A DNA stretch of 64,000 bases from the IMG/VR virus record IMGVR_UViG_3300047564_001818. One strand, given 5' to 3'. Shown piece by piece: positions 11,401 to 20,225 of the stretch. How positions within the stretch are numbered: position 1 is the stretch's first letter; every line of letters starts with the position of its first letter. The notes under the pieces were generated by a model. That model was not told the DNA's origin. It saw nothing but the letters and a program-made list of their open reading frames with translations, and ran no database searches. Made by a program: the position numbers and the translations under genes. Origin of the DNA: a virus (taxonomy: Duplodnaviria; Caudoviricetes).

Positions 11401-12891
11401 ATTTCTCGTGGCCACAATATTGCTGACTGTAACACTCACAGACAATACCGCAGGCAATACAGTTAAGTTAAAAGTTTTGCTACTGGTTTGGCCAGCAGCA
11501 TCTGTTACTGTGATAGTGTAAGCAGTTTGACTAGATGTAGCAGTTGGTGTACCAAATATTCTGCCATTGGCAGTGTTTAGGCTTAGATCCGCAGGCAATG
11601 CAGGAGATACTGCATAAGTTAGTGTGCCGAAACCACCACTGGCAACTACGGGTGTTACGTCGGCGCTGGTATTTTTTATTAGTTCTACACTAGCAGTTAC
11701 CAGTGTTGTTACAATAGGAACCAACGTATCAACAGTTATATCAATAGGTAAACTTTGTGTACTGGTAGGCGGCGTGTTTGAATCAGTTACAGTAATCGTA
11801 TAAGTTGTTTTAGGATTACTGAAGGTAGGTGTACCTGATAAAACCGCAGTACTGGTATTAAATGTTAATCCAGCAGTTAGTGGAGGACTAATAGCAAATG
11901 TTCTCGTGCCTACACCGCCTGTGGCAGTGACCAGTGTGTTAGATCCTGCATTAACTGACTGTGTAAATGTATAGGTGGCTGTGGTTCTAGTTACCACAAT
12001 AGGCACAGGAGTAACTGTTAATGAAAACTGTCCTGTACCACTATCTAATAGATTATCTCGAACTGTTACAATATAGGTTTGATTGTTTACTACAACTGTA
12101 GGAGTTCCAGTTATTGCGCCTGTACTGCTGTTAATTAACAGTCCAGTTGGTAGTGCAGGAGAAATAGTGTAAACTAGAGGTGCTTCACCACCTGTGCCGA
12201 CCACAGGTGTAAATGCTGTGGCAGCAACGTTTTGATTGAGTATTTTTGTTTCAGTTAGTGTTGTTGCTACTAATAATGGTCTTATACCTGGGTCAACTGT
12301 TAGATTAAATATGATGTTTTGTGTTCTACCAGTAAAATCTTGTACAGTGATTGCATAGGCTTGATTGTTGATTTCTGTGCCTAATTCAGCTGTGCCAGTT
12401 AACCTTAGTGTTGTACTGTTAACTTTAATGCTGAACCCGTTTGCATCTACTATCGTAACAGGGCCATTGTTGACCGCAGTAACGGTTAATCCACTAGGCA
12501 AAGCAGGCGAAACACTGTTAACTCTCAGTGCAACTCTAAATGTATTAGTACCACTTTGCCCTAACCAAGAGCCGCCGCCATAGACTGTAGCAATACTTGT
12601 GCTGTTGGTTATACCTGCTGTGGTACTAATACTGCCTACTGAAGAATTTATAGACAATGCAGGCGCTTGTCCATTTACGTTTGCTGGAGGTACAATAGAA
12701 CTAGTGTCACCTACCCAACTGGTAGTAGTAGTGGTTTGTCTAGTAACAGGATTGAATACTGTACTTTGTCTCCATATTTCAGGATTACCGGTTTGGTCTG
12801 TTTGACGGAAAAGATCATTAAGAACAAGTCTAGTATCTGAAGCAGTACTAGGTCTTTGATTTTTTGTACTATAAAAAATTATATTAGTCAT
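5419..12891 (-). CDS. Giant fibre/adhesin: about 12 putative Ig (He_PIG-like) repeats, long collagen-like region, cupredoxin-like domains
   Basis: 2490 aa; repeated YxISPALPxGLxxNxxTGxIxGTPT units; hundreds of G-X-Y triplets; HPF...YYICQFHGSM motif. Confidence 0.85.
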   Translation of the reverse strand: MTNIIFYSTKNQRPSTASDTRLVLNDLFRQTDQTGNPEIWRQSTVFNPVTRQTTTTTSWVGDTSSIVPPANVNGQAPALSINSSVGSISTTAGITNSTSIATVYGGGSWLGQSGTNTFRVALRVNSVSPALPSGLTVTAVNNGPVTIVDANGFSIKVNSTTLRLTGTAELGTEINNQAYAITVQDFTGRTQNIIFNLTVDPGIRPLLVATTLTETKILNQNVAATAFTPVVGTGGEAPLVYTISPALPTGLLINSSTGAITGTPTVVVNNQTYIVTVRDNLLDSGTGQFSLTVTPVPIVVTRTTATYTFTQSVNAGSNTLVTATGGVGTRTFAISPPLTAGLTFNTSTAVLSGTPTFSNPKTTYTITVTDSNTPPTSTQSLPIDITVDTLVPIVTTLVTASVELIKNTSADVTPVVASGGFGTLTYAVSPALPADLSLNTANGRIFGTPTATSSQTAYTITVTDAAGQTSSKTFNLTVLPAVLSVSVTVSNIVATRNVALESVRPVRGNGGETPLTYAITPALPTGLTLNTSTGFISGTPTVTSSQATYTVTVSDSASQSLTGTFNLRVDAAPALTSIANPVPPALTSLTVNEAFTQFRPVVAVGGFGTLTYAVSPALPAGLSFSNTGFISGTPTATAVAANYTVTVTDGAGQTTSSEFRLNVINSVLVLTQTQNSFTLTRTISIATPLIPATASGGSGVYTFEVFETSNASAGLPTGLTLNSAGQITGVVNTVLSSTGFTVRVTDSEGQTDTRTFSLNVVNPPALDIALIDNQSSFTLTRGTAGSITPLRVVPGSQGFGVIRFNISPALPNGLTFNTASGVISGNPTELSNTAYVITATDTFTVPQTDSVTITLIVNDPALALTINRPTINLTRNNAITDLSPVATGTGGLAPRTLSVSPALPTGLIFNNGVISGTPTQALSTSTFTITLEDSFSRTQTGVFSLTVAVPPPLTLTVPNSSVNLTIGTNANFVPVIASQGEGAYVYSVTELPSGLSFNTATGRITGRATSSSGTYTVEISVSDLVTTQTAQFDLVLTFAAINITVNTPTITLVQFVPVGGTEPAARPVTATGGAGVLTYTISPSLPSSLTYNSNGTLENTPLILSADTVYTVTVTDEANTTATAQFNLQIVETPPQLLSVVNNNASYELELNATNAFQPILVTGGTAPLSYRIEPETLPAGLTFDTTTGFLNGTVTQTFNTSSYTVFITDSKPTTVSGNFTLTQFVDTGGSGRGPRGFTGSIGFTGSRGITGFVGSRGDLGYTGSIGYTGSQSGIEYVFGNSSSNFTVVGFNENNPSLRLVKRQSYFFNLESLGINNQIAFRLDLNNSTDVVPGFPAGSQIGLSGTSIAFTAPGDIQDFIYYQSVQNPSISGIIVFTDLKGFTGSKGDSGFVGSKGDVGSVGFTGSAGIGFTGSKGDRGDQGIQGDTGFTGSRGFIGSKGDRGDQGDLGPIGFTGSRGPQGDQGFEGDQGPLGFTGSKGDPGGYTGSQGIQGVQGIQGPIGFTGSRGFTGSRGDTGFVGSKGDQGTQGEQGYTGSQGIPGEFAAVGLTGSQGELGFTGSQGDTGYTGSRGELGYTGSQGDTGEIGPIGYTGSIGFTGSKGNTGDQGEIGPIGFTGSQGPQGIPGEAAFIGYTGSQGDTGFVGSQGDTGFTGSQGIPGEFAALGYTGSQGDVGYTGSIGFTGSQGVTGYDGSRGDTGFTGSQGLQGYTGSQGLQGDTGYVGSQGDTGFNGSRGFTGSQGLQGIPGEFAALGYTGSEGSTGFTGSQGEQGDQGIQGDTGFTGSRGLTGFVGSQGIPGEAAAIGYTGSIGFTGSKGDKGDPDGYTGSRGDTGFTGSQGEQGFLGYTGSRGFTGSQGNQGNQGNQGDTGFTGSRGFAGSQGFPGIQGLVGFTGSRGFTGSKGDIGTRGDQGYTGSQGVGFTGSRGSGGFVGSRGDLGFTGSQGPIGFNGSQGFTGSRGDTGFVGSQGIIGGVTYTVSNSGASAYTILGSNNPTITLARGTTYYFNINAPGHPFWIKTSQTTGTNNAYTNGVLNNGIDSGIITFTVPLDAPNILYYICQFHGSMVGTFIVRNIGELGYTGSRGEVGFTGSRGEVGFTGSQGNTGFVGSQGDQGYTGSQGNTGFVGSQGDIGYTGSIGYTGSQGDQGYTGSQGDTGFVGSQGDQGYTGSQGDQGYTGSQGDQGYTGSQGDQGYTGSRGEIGYTGSQGDQGYTGSQGDIGYTGSIGYTGSQGVQGYTGSQGDTGYTGSNGFTGSVGFVGSQGDTGFVGSQGEQGYTGSIGYTGSQGDTGFVGSQGITGFTGSRGFTGFTGSQGEFGYTGSQGDTGFVGSQGIPGEAAAIGYTGSRGDIGYTGSQGIQGEIGFTGSKGEAGSGATVTVGTIDSDNNIGQLTVLNVETIRFDTDSGFDVTDLGSGSVKIGMNSTFKTIKVDGEEDLIAIGLDTLEIVAGNNIILTTDTSSNPKALVISSTAAGSFGNLDGGQPDSNYGGISSIDAGGVV

Positions 12892-12899
12892 TCATGTCC

Positions 12900-15035
12900 T
12901 TAATAAACCGTGAGGTCAAATAGCTGTAAGTAACCGTTGCTAATAGCACCAGTATTTACATCGACGTTGTTAACAATTACTTCAAAGCCACTACCACTGT
13001 CATTTAAATCTATACTTAAACTGTCACCTAGAGTATATCCTGTGCCCTGTTCTGTTAATAGTACTTCGAATATTTCTCCAAACAGTACAATCACTGTAGC
13101 TTCTGCGCCTGAGCCACTGCCGCCAGTAAGCGGCACATCATCAAGAATAGCAAATTCACTGTTAGGTTGATAACCTGTGCCTCTATTAACTACCCATCCG
13201 TTGAATGGAATAAAGCTAGTAACAAATAAAGTACCATTAACATAATCATACAGGTAATCGCCTGCTGTAATTCTGCTGTTGCCCAATTCATCAAAATATA
13301 CAAATCCATCACTATAAAATCTAGGAGCACTAGTAGTTTGTACAGTTCCATTGGCAAAAACTATACCAGTTGTAGGATTTGTAGGCAATGTTGTAGTGGA
13401 ACCCAACACAAGGTTGTTAGCTCTAACATTCTTATAGTTTCCCGCAGCGTTTTTTACCTGTAAATCATCTTCTTCATCACTGCTAATAACTGTATTGCCT
13501 AAATGTAAACTACCTGGACCTACGTAGACATCTCTAAATCTATTGGTAGGAGAACCTAGATCTTGTAGATCATCTGTTTCAGGTACAATCGAATAACCTT
13601 CGTTTAGTGTTATTGTATCTAAACTGTTGCTGGTAAAACCGTCAATTGAACCACTGCCTGATCCATCATAACCTACAACTCTACCAAGATTTTGAGTTGA
13701 ATCATCTTCATAGGTAATGACTAATTCATTATCTACAATTGCAGCACTGGTTATACCAAATCCTTGACTACCGGTGTAACCCTGTTCACCTTGCGATCCA
13801 GTAAATCCAATTGATCCAGTATACCCAAGTTCACCTCGTGATCCTACGTAGCCCGCATTACCTTGACTACCAGTATATCCAATTGAACCAGTATATCCCA
13901 AATCACCACGTGATCCTACAAATCCAACATCGCCTTGTGATCCAGTATACCCAATATCACCTTGACTACCAGTATAACCCTGTTCACCTTGTGATCCGAC
14001 AAATCCCGTATCACCTTGACTTCCAGTATACCCAATTTCACCTTGACTACCGGTGTAGCCAATATCGCCCTGTGATCCTACGTAGCCCGTATTACCTTGA
14101 CTTCCAGTAAAACCTATTGAACCAGTGTAGCCAATCTCACCTTGTGATCCTACGTAGCCCGTATCACCTTGTGATCCCGCAAATCCCGTATCACCTTGAC
14201 TTCCAGTGTAGCCAATTGAACCAGTATACCCAAGTTCACCCTGTGATCCTACGTAGCCCGTATCACCTCTGCTACCAGTATAACCAATTTCACCTTGACT
14301 ACCGGTGTAACCAAGTTCACCTTGAGATCCCACAAAACCAGTGTCACCTCTACTACCTGTAAAACCTATTGAACCAGTATAACCTATATCACCCTGTGAA
14401 CCAGTAAATCCTTTACTACCTACAAAGCCAGTATCACCTATGCTACCAGTATAACCAATCAACCCCTGGCTACCAGTGTATCCAATAGAACCAGTGTAAC
14501 CTAGGTCACCTTGACTGCCAGTGAATCCTGTATCACCTCGTGATCCAACAAAACCTCTACTGCCTGTGTATCCTTGCGGTCCTCTAACTGGTCCTACGTT
14601 TTCAAATGCTGAACCTGTCCAAACATGCAATTCGTTGCTTATGAGGTAGCTATCACCTACTGTAGCAATCTGCGGAAGTTGATTAACTGAATTAAAACTG
14701 CCTAGAACATTGATGTTTGAGCCGGCACCGACACCATCGTCGTCTATGCCTATCACACTGATTTTAATAGTACCGTCGGGCTGTGTTTCTAACGCAAAGT
14801 TGCTGCTGTCAAATGCAAGTGTGCTTGTAAATCTAATGTTGGCAAAGTCGCCTTCGGTATAATCTTGCACTCTCAGTGTGTTTAATAGATTACCGCCAGC
14901 CGTTGCACCATCAGAGATCACTATGATTCGTTGATCAGAACTATAAAATAACTCTCCTGTATCGCCAAGAAAAGTTTCTATTTCGGCCGTTGGCTTATAA
15001 GCTGCATGTATTTTAAAGAGGCCCGGTAAGGACAT
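12900..15035 (-). CDS. Collagen-like virion fibre protein
   Basis: 711 aa with a GYTGSQG repeat block; shares the IVDNELVIT...NLGRVVGY module with ORF 92..1921. Confidence 0.8.
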   Translation of the reverse strand: MSLPGLFKIHAAYKPTAEIETFLGDTGELFYSSDQRIIVISDGATAGGNLLNTLRVQDYTEGDFANIRFTSTLAFDSSNFALETQPDGTIKISVIGIDDDGVGAGSNINVLGSFNSVNQLPQIATVGDSYLISNELHVWTGSAFENVGPVRGPQGYTGSRGFVGSRGDTGFTGSQGDLGYTGSIGYTGSQGLIGYTGSIGDTGFVGSKGFTGSQGDIGYTGSIGFTGSRGDTGFVGSQGELGYTGSQGEIGYTGSRGDTGYVGSQGELGYTGSIGYTGSQGDTGFAGSQGDTGYVGSQGEIGYTGSIGFTGSQGNTGYVGSQGDIGYTGSQGEIGYTGSQGDTGFVGSQGEQGYTGSQGDIGYTGSQGDVGFVGSRGDLGYTGSIGYTGSQGNAGYVGSRGELGYTGSIGFTGSQGEQGYTGSQGFGITSAAIVDNELVITYEDDSTQNLGRVVGYDGSGSGSIDGFTSNSLDTITLNEGYSIVPETDDLQDLGSPTNRFRDVYVGPGSLHLGNTVISSDEEDDLQVKNAAGNYKNVRANNLVLGSTTTLPTNPTTGIVFANGTVQTTSAPRFYSDGFVYFDELGNSRITAGDYLYDYVNGTLFVTSFIPFNGWVVNRGTGYQPNSEFAILDDVPLTGGSGSGAEATVIVLFGEIFEVLLTEQGTGYTLGDSLSIDLNDSGSGFEVIVNNVDVNTGAISNGYLQLFDLTVY

Positions 15036-15062
15036 TAGATCCCTCGCTAAATTATATAATAT

Positions 15063-15356
15063 TTAGCGTGTTAATCCGGCTAGTGTTTTTAGGTTATTAA
15101 TATTATCGTTTTGATCCAGGGCGTCTTCTTCATCACCTTCTGCATCATCGTCTAGCATTTTTTCTATCGAAGGCGACTGTTTACCCTGTTCGGCTTTTTT
15201 AAGTTCTAGTTCTTGTTGTTGTGGAGATATCATTACAGGATTTTGATCCAAATCCTCGTCATCAGTGGCTGGTTTTCCTGCAACACTCACACGAGGTTTT
15301 GCCCCGTCTAGGTCGATGGTAATTGGAATGTTAATTGTAATCTCGTCCATACGCAT
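15063..15356 (-). CDS. Hypothetical acidic protein (late gene)
   Basis: 97 aa ORF; GGTAAATAACAGT late-promoter-like motif just upstream. Confidence 0.6.
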   Translation of the reverse strand: MRMDEITINIPITIDLDGAKPRVSVAGKPATDDEDLDQNPVMISPQQQELELKKAEQGKQSPSIEKMLDDDAEGDEEDALDQNDNINNLKTLAGLTR

Positions 15357-15370
15357 ACTGTTATTTACCT

Positions 15371-16675
15371 TTAACGTTGTTCAATCCAAGTCATAGTTCC
15401 TGCGGCCGTGGCGTTGTTGGTAGGGCTGGCCATAGCCAATGTTAGTGTGTCGCTGACCGTGCCTAGACTGCTTCTACCTAACTGATATCTAGTGTCTTGA
15501 TTTAGTTCTATCTGTAGGCCTTGAGCATTCACAGACACAAATCCGCTGTCTATGTCTACACCGCCGGTGTATGCTGTGGCAGTTTCGTCATACTGTGTAA
15601 AACTGTTAGGATCAGGCATGTTCACAAAGTTTGCACCTGTTAGCGTAGCATTGAAGATTAACTTGTAGAACACATTGGCGTTGCTGAGAGATATAGCCTG
15701 AAAGTAGGCGGGAAGGACAATGCCGCTCAGTGCGGTGGACTTGAGTCTAATAGTCAACACTGGTCGGAAGATGTTGGGGGCCCCTAGGCTCTTGCCTGTG
15801 ATAGTAGAAGTAATATTCTGTGCGATACCTAGTTTGCCCACTACACCTTCTGATATGACACTGTTAGATCCTTGGAACATCCTGTGTGTACCTGGCACGC
15901 CAGTGACATTGGTTAGTTCTAACCGTATGGGCAGGAATGGTGTGGAGGTGTATACAGTGGATATGCGGTTGGCGTGATAAAATGTGTGTATGGTATGAGC
16001 AGCACCATCTATGATAAACTTTATCTTTACAGCACCAGCTCCATACCACTCATAGTCAAACAACACCAACTGTTGTGCTGTAGGATCAGCTACAATACCA
16101 CTGATACCCAGTCCATCCAGTCTATCACCGTTCCACTGTTCTCTAGGTATGCGTGTCAGTGTTGGACCGCCGGGTCCGTTGAAGTTGCGTATGCAACAGT
16201 AATAGTTACCATCGCCGCCATCTTCAAAGAAGATACCATCACGCTCGTTGAACAGTCCAAAACGACGGCGTACTCCTATAACAGGTGCTTCCAACCTTAT
16301 GCCAAAACTTAGTTCTGAACTGCGACCAGGAATGTATCTCATCACATTACGAGTCTGTCTGATGACTTCAGCCCCTACTGTGTCATCAACTTCCATAATC
16401 ACTCCGCTGACTGTGACATCGTGAACAGCAGAGCCGCCTGTGGTGACAGCTTCATCCCACACATCGGTTTCTTTACCAAACTGAAAGGTGTTGAAGAACT
16501 GTGTTTCGTAGTTGCTGACTTTGATTCTGTTCTTGCTGGTATAGTCTCCAGAACTGTCAGTGGTTCGTAAGATTGGTTTGCCATCAAAGTTGTAGTCTAG
16601 GGCATGATGGATGTCATTGGTGTTGGGTTCGAAACTGTGAACATAGTTAGTGCTGTTGGGATTTAGGTTAGGCAT
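15371..16675 (-). CDS. Putative virion structural protein
   Basis: 434 aa beta-rich ORF, coupled to the upstream gene. Confidence 0.65.
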   Translation of the reverse strand: MPNLNPNSTNYVHSFEPNTNDIHHALDYNFDGKPILRTTDSSGDYTSKNRIKVSNYETQFFNTFQFGKETDVWDEAVTTGGSAVHDVTVSGVIMEVDDTVGAEVIRQTRNVMRYIPGRSSELSFGIRLEAPVIGVRRRFGLFNERDGIFFEDGGDGNYYCCIRNFNGPGGPTLTRIPREQWNGDRLDGLGISGIVADPTAQQLVLFDYEWYGAGAVKIKFIIDGAAHTIHTFYHANRISTVYTSTPFLPIRLELTNVTGVPGTHRMFQGSNSVISEGVVGKLGIAQNITSTITGKSLGAPNIFRPVLTIRLKSTALSGIVLPAYFQAISLSNANVFYKLIFNATLTGANFVNMPDPNSFTQYDETATAYTGGVDIDSGFVSVNAQGLQIELNQDTRYQLGRSSLGTVSDTLTLAMASPTNNATAAGTMTWIEQR

Positions 16676-17319
16676 TAAGATTTAATTCCGATAAAGATTT
16701 GGCTTCGTCTTTCTGCTGTCCAAGTATCAGTATTAGTTGAACCGTAACCTGTGTTAATTGCTGCACGAACACCAGCATCCACAGCACTAGCATCATAAAC
16801 TACTAATACTACAATGTCGCTAGACGCTACTGCATTAAGAGCGTTCGCTAGTGCTGTAACATCTCCAGGCACATCATAAGTATCAAAATTTGTAATACCA
16901 ACAGTATCACCGTATGTGTCTAGCACTACTAAGGTATGGCCTCGAAGTTCAGTATTCACAATTTGAATATCATTCACTATGACTCTAGCAGGCTGAAAAC
17001 TAGGAACATCATATGTCGATGACTCTGCGTAAATCTTGTTACCACTTACATACTGTGTAGTAGAAATAGCTGTAGTAGTACCGAATGCTTCATAGAACGT
17101 AAATGCCGGAACAGTTGATATCCAAGGACGGCCTAGTGTTAATCCACTAAGGTTAGGATTATCTATTACGCTGTTGTCATTATACTGTGTTGGTAATTCA
17201 GTAAGATCATAGGTTGCTCTAGGATTGCCATCAGCAGCACGTTTAGCAGCGGCTAGATCTAGTTTGGCTTTCTGTCGTAGCTCTTTGGTTGCTAGTGTTG
17301 ATATGCCGTTTGTTGCCAT
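16675..17319 (-). CDS. Protein with C-terminal ILEI/PANDER (GG-type lectin)-like domain
   Basis: RGHTLVVLD...FDTY...ALANALNAV..DIVVLVVYDAS pattern resembles the ILEI domain. Confidence 0.55.
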   Translation of the reverse strand: MATNGISTLATKELRQKAKLDLAAAKRAADGNPRATYDLTELPTQYNDNSVIDNPNLSGLTLGRPWISTVPAFTFYEAFGTTTAISTTQYVSGNKIYAESSTYDVPSFQPARVIVNDIQIVNTELRGHTLVVLDTYGDTVGITNFDTYDVPGDVTALANALNAVASSDIVVLVVYDASAVDAGVRAAINTGYGSTNTDTWTAERRSQIFIGIKS

Positions 17320-17603
17320 TATTCAAATCCTCTTGGATCTTTTACTCTAATGTCTTTAGGATTTTTGGGTGCATTGACACCACCGCCTGCCAGTGTGGTT
17401 ACTGAATCTACATCACTTACAACTTCGTTAGGTGTGTTGGCATATTCTCCAAAACTTTCTGCGTTCAGCATTGCTAATATTTGCCTAAAACGATTGTCAG
17501 GTTCTGCGTTCTGTGCCACAGTGACATCTGCTTTGACTGCGTCGTTGCCTTCAACGGCGTCCAACAAATCTAAAATCTGTCTTACAACATCAGTAGCTCT
17601 CAT
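17319..17603 (-). CDS. Hypothetical protein (late gene)
   Basis: 94 aa; AGGAG RBS and CTAAATA upstream. Confidence 0.6.
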   Translation of the reverse strand: MRATDVVRQILDLLDAVEGNDAVKADVTVAQNAEPDNRFRQILAMLNAESFGEYANTPNEVVSDVDSVTTLAGGGVNAPKNPKDIRVKDPRGFE

Positions 17604-17643
17604 CTTGTTCTCCTATAACATATTTAGCGATAAGTAATACACA

Positions 17644-18843
17644 ATGATAAACTTAGATCCATTTCAATTGCTGATAGATCAGCTGAAAACTGAAGGCAAG
17701 TACCGAGTGTTCAACGACATAGTTCGCGAGCGTGGTGAATTTCCACGGGCCATTTGGTACGGTCCATACGCAATTAAAAATATCGTAAACTGGTGCTCCA
17801 ACGATTATTTGGGAATGGGTCAACACAGAGTGGTAATTGATGCGATGCATACTGCGCTTGATCAAACGGGTGCAGGCAGCGGAGGCACTAGAAACATAGG
17901 CGGCACAAGTCATTATCACGTTGCACTGGAACACGAGCTTGCCAATCTCCATAACAAGAACAGTGCTCTATTGTTTTCCAGTGCTTATGTCGCAAATGAA
18001 TGGAGTCTGATTGCTCTAAGCCAAATCGTTCCCAACATTGTGTTTTTGAGTGATAGTAAAAATCACGCAAGCCTAATACAGGGTATCCGCCACAGTGGTG
18101 CAGCCAAAGTGATTTGGCAACACAACGATATGAGCGATCTAGCTGCTAAACTGGCCCAGGTCGTCGCACAAAACCAAACTCCCTGCATAGTGTTTGAGTC
18201 TGTGTATAGCATGGACGGCGATGTAAGCCTAATAGCAGACATTTGCGATCTTGCCCAGCGTTACGGTGCTATAACCTATATTGATGAAGTCCATGCCGTG
18301 GGATTGTATGGCCAGCGTGGAGCAGGGTATCTAGAGCATCTAGGTATTCAAGATAGAGTAGATATAGTCAACGGCACGCTGGGCAAGGCCTATGGCGTTA
18401 CAGGCGGTTATATAGCAGCGGAACGGGTAGTCATAGACGCAATCCGCTTGGTGGCCAGTGGGTTTATTTTCACAACTTCGGTGTCGCCAGTGCTTTGTGC
18501 AGGTGCGTTGTCCTCAATAAAGTATTTAAAAGTTCACAACGACCTTCGTGTTCAGCATCAGGCTCAGGCACTCAAGTTTAAAACTCGATTGCAAGAAGCT
18601 GGCATAGAAGTTTTCGATAAAGCCTGTACTCATATCGTGCCCGTGATGATACGTGACGCTGTACGATGCAAAGCCATTTCTGATAGATTGTTAGATGAAC
18701 ACGGCATCTATGTGCAGAGCATCAACTATCCAACTGTGGCTGTAGGTGAGGAGCGATTGCGTTTTGCGCCAACGCCCTTACACACAGACGCTATGATAGA
18801 CGACTGTGTGCGAGCTCTTAGAAAGGTAATGAATGAAATTTAA
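17644..18843 (+). CDS. hemA: 5-aminolevulinate synthase (PLP-dependent)
   Basis: [70 protein letters not shown] motifs. Confidence 0.95.
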   Translation: MINLDPFQLLIDQLKTEGKYRVFNDIVRERGEFPRAIWYGPYAIKNIVNWCSNDYLGMGQHRVVIDAMHTALDQTGAGSGGTRNIGGTSHYHVALEHELANLHNKNSALLFSSAYVANEWSLIALSQIVPNIVFLSDSKNHASLIQGIRHSGAAKVIWQHNDMSDLAAKLAQVVAQNQTPCIVFESVYSMDGDVSLIADICDLAQRYGAITYIDEVHAVGLYGQRGAGYLEHLGIQDRVDIVNGTLGKAYGVTGGYIAAERVVIDAIRLVASGFIFTTSVSPVLCAGALSSIKYLKVHNDLRVQHQAQALKFKTRLQEAGIEVFDKACTHIVPVMIRDAVRCKAISDRLLDEHGIYVQSINYPTVAVGEERLRFAPTPLHTDAMIDDCVRALRKVMNEI

Positions 18844-19249
18844 ACAGTACGCCTACATGGCCTTGGGATTGTTCTGCGTGGGCATGGCCTACATAGGCAT
18901 CATAGTTCCAGGCATACCCTTTTCAATATTTCTAGTCATAGCAGCATGGGCTTTTGCTAAGAGTTCACCTAGACTACACCGTTGGTTGTACAATCATCCT
19001 TGGTTTGGTAGTTTCTTGACCAACTGGACAGAGAGGCGAGTGTTCCCGACTAAGGGCAAGTATGCTATGATACTGGTCATGGCATCTAGCCTAGCATTTC
19101 TTTGGTTCACCACTGAGAATGTCAAAGCTGTGCTGTGGAGCGGTGGGTTCATGCTGCTGGTTGCACTGTGGGCATGGCGTTACCCCGGCAGCTTAGAAGA
19201 ATACCAGCGCCGTGTAGACGCTGGTAAAAGGATCGCTTGGATCAAGTAA
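18833..19249 (+). CDS. ybaN: YbaN/DUF454 family inner-membrane protein
   Basis: GIIVPGIP..F...[22 protein letters not shown] signature. Confidence 0.85.
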   Translation: MKFKQYAYMALGLFCVGMAYIGIIVPGIPFSIFLVIAAWAFAKSSPRLHRWLYNHPWFGSFLTNWTERRVFPTKGKYAMILVMASSLAFLWFTTENVKAVLWSGGFMLLVALWAWRYPGSLEEYQRRVDAGKRIAWIK

Positions 19250-19777
19250 TTAGGCTGCGTCAATATCCAACCACTGATACCAGCTGGGGTGACGCACTTC
19301 AAAAGGCAATTGCTTGCGCTTTCTAACCAGTTCCCAATAGCCTGGCGTGTAGGGTTTGTATCTAGGACGCATGATGCCCATGCTGTTGCCTTTGGAAGCG
19401 TTGCAGGGCGCACAGGCAGTGAGGATGTTTTCCCAGTTGGTCTTACCACCACGTGAAATCGGAATATAGTGATCCAATGTGGCAGTGCTTTTGGTAACTG
19501 AGCAACCACAGTAGGCACAGTGATACTGATCACGCAGATACACATTGCTCTTTGAGAAGCGAACGCCTGTCTTGCCACGCATGTAGTCTTTGAGCATGAT
19601 CACAGCAGGCACACGAGTTTCCCAAGAGGGGCTACGCACAGTCCAATCGTCGTACCATTCAATTACATTGCACTTGTCGTGGTACATATAGAGAACAGCT
19701 TCTTTCCACTGAATAGCTGAAAGCGGTAAAAAACTAACTGGTTGTGCGTCTGCGTTAAGTAACAGCGTGTCGCTCAC
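19250..19777 (-). CDS. HNH endonuclease (McrA-like)
   Basis: LLLNAD..P, VYLRDQYHCAYCG, TLDHYIPISRGG..WEN..TAC..CN..KG. Confidence 0.9.
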   Translation of the reverse strand: MSDTLLLNADAQPVSFLPLSAIQWKEAVLYMYHDKCNVIEWYDDWTVRSPSWETRVPAVIMLKDYMRGKTGVRFSKSNVYLRDQYHCAYCGCSVTKSTATLDHYIPISRGGKTNWENILTACAPCNASKGNSMGIMRPRYKPYTPGYWELVRKRKQLPFEVRHPSWYQWLDIDAA

Positions 19778-19862
19778 GATGTGTCCTTTCTGTGTTCATA
19801 TTTAGTTCACGGGTTGATCCCATGTTTATAATAGCTTGAGATTGAACTGTGTCAACCTTTTT

Positions 19863-20198
19863 CTAGAGAGCGGCCTTCTCTTCAAAGGGTGCTAGGCCTG
19901 CGCCTATGCCCACTACACAGGCCACGTGGTCCCAGGGAAACTCAATCACTATGGTGTAGGTTTCTGTTTGAGGATTCATATAGATTTTCCAAACACCATC
20001 TGCAAACTGTTGGTCGGCTTGCTGCATCATTCCTGGACCACCCACAAAGGGTATTTCATCAGTAGCTTGTACATAGTCTCTTACTGCGGCAGTGCTGGCA
20101 CAATCACTCAACAACAACATGGGCACACTCTGTGCCCATGCTGGTGAGGAGATTGTTAATAAAGACAACACCAGTGTACAAATTCTAAGCATCAGCAA
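19863..20198 (-). CDS. Hypothetical protein with signal peptide
   Basis: Hydrophobic N-terminus ending AWA; 111 aa. Confidence 0.6.
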   Translation of the reverse strand: MLMLRICTLVLSLLTISSPAWAQSVPMLLLSDCASTAAVRDYVQATDEIPFVGGPGMMQQADQQFADGVWKIYMNPQTETYTIVIEFPWDHVACVVGIGAGLAPFEEKAAL

Positions 20199-20225
20199 TC
20201 TCCTAGATATACTAGTAGTTATCTC

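Noticed and set aside
5787-14362. Many short ORFs overlapping the collagen and Ig genes in other frames or strands
   Set aside because: These are shadow ORFs caused by repeat periodicity; they have no RBS or promoter and give low-complexity translations.
19250-19777. HNH gene as a mobile intron or homing element
   Set aside because: It is free-standing with its own promoter, does not interrupt a gene, and no intron structure was recognised.
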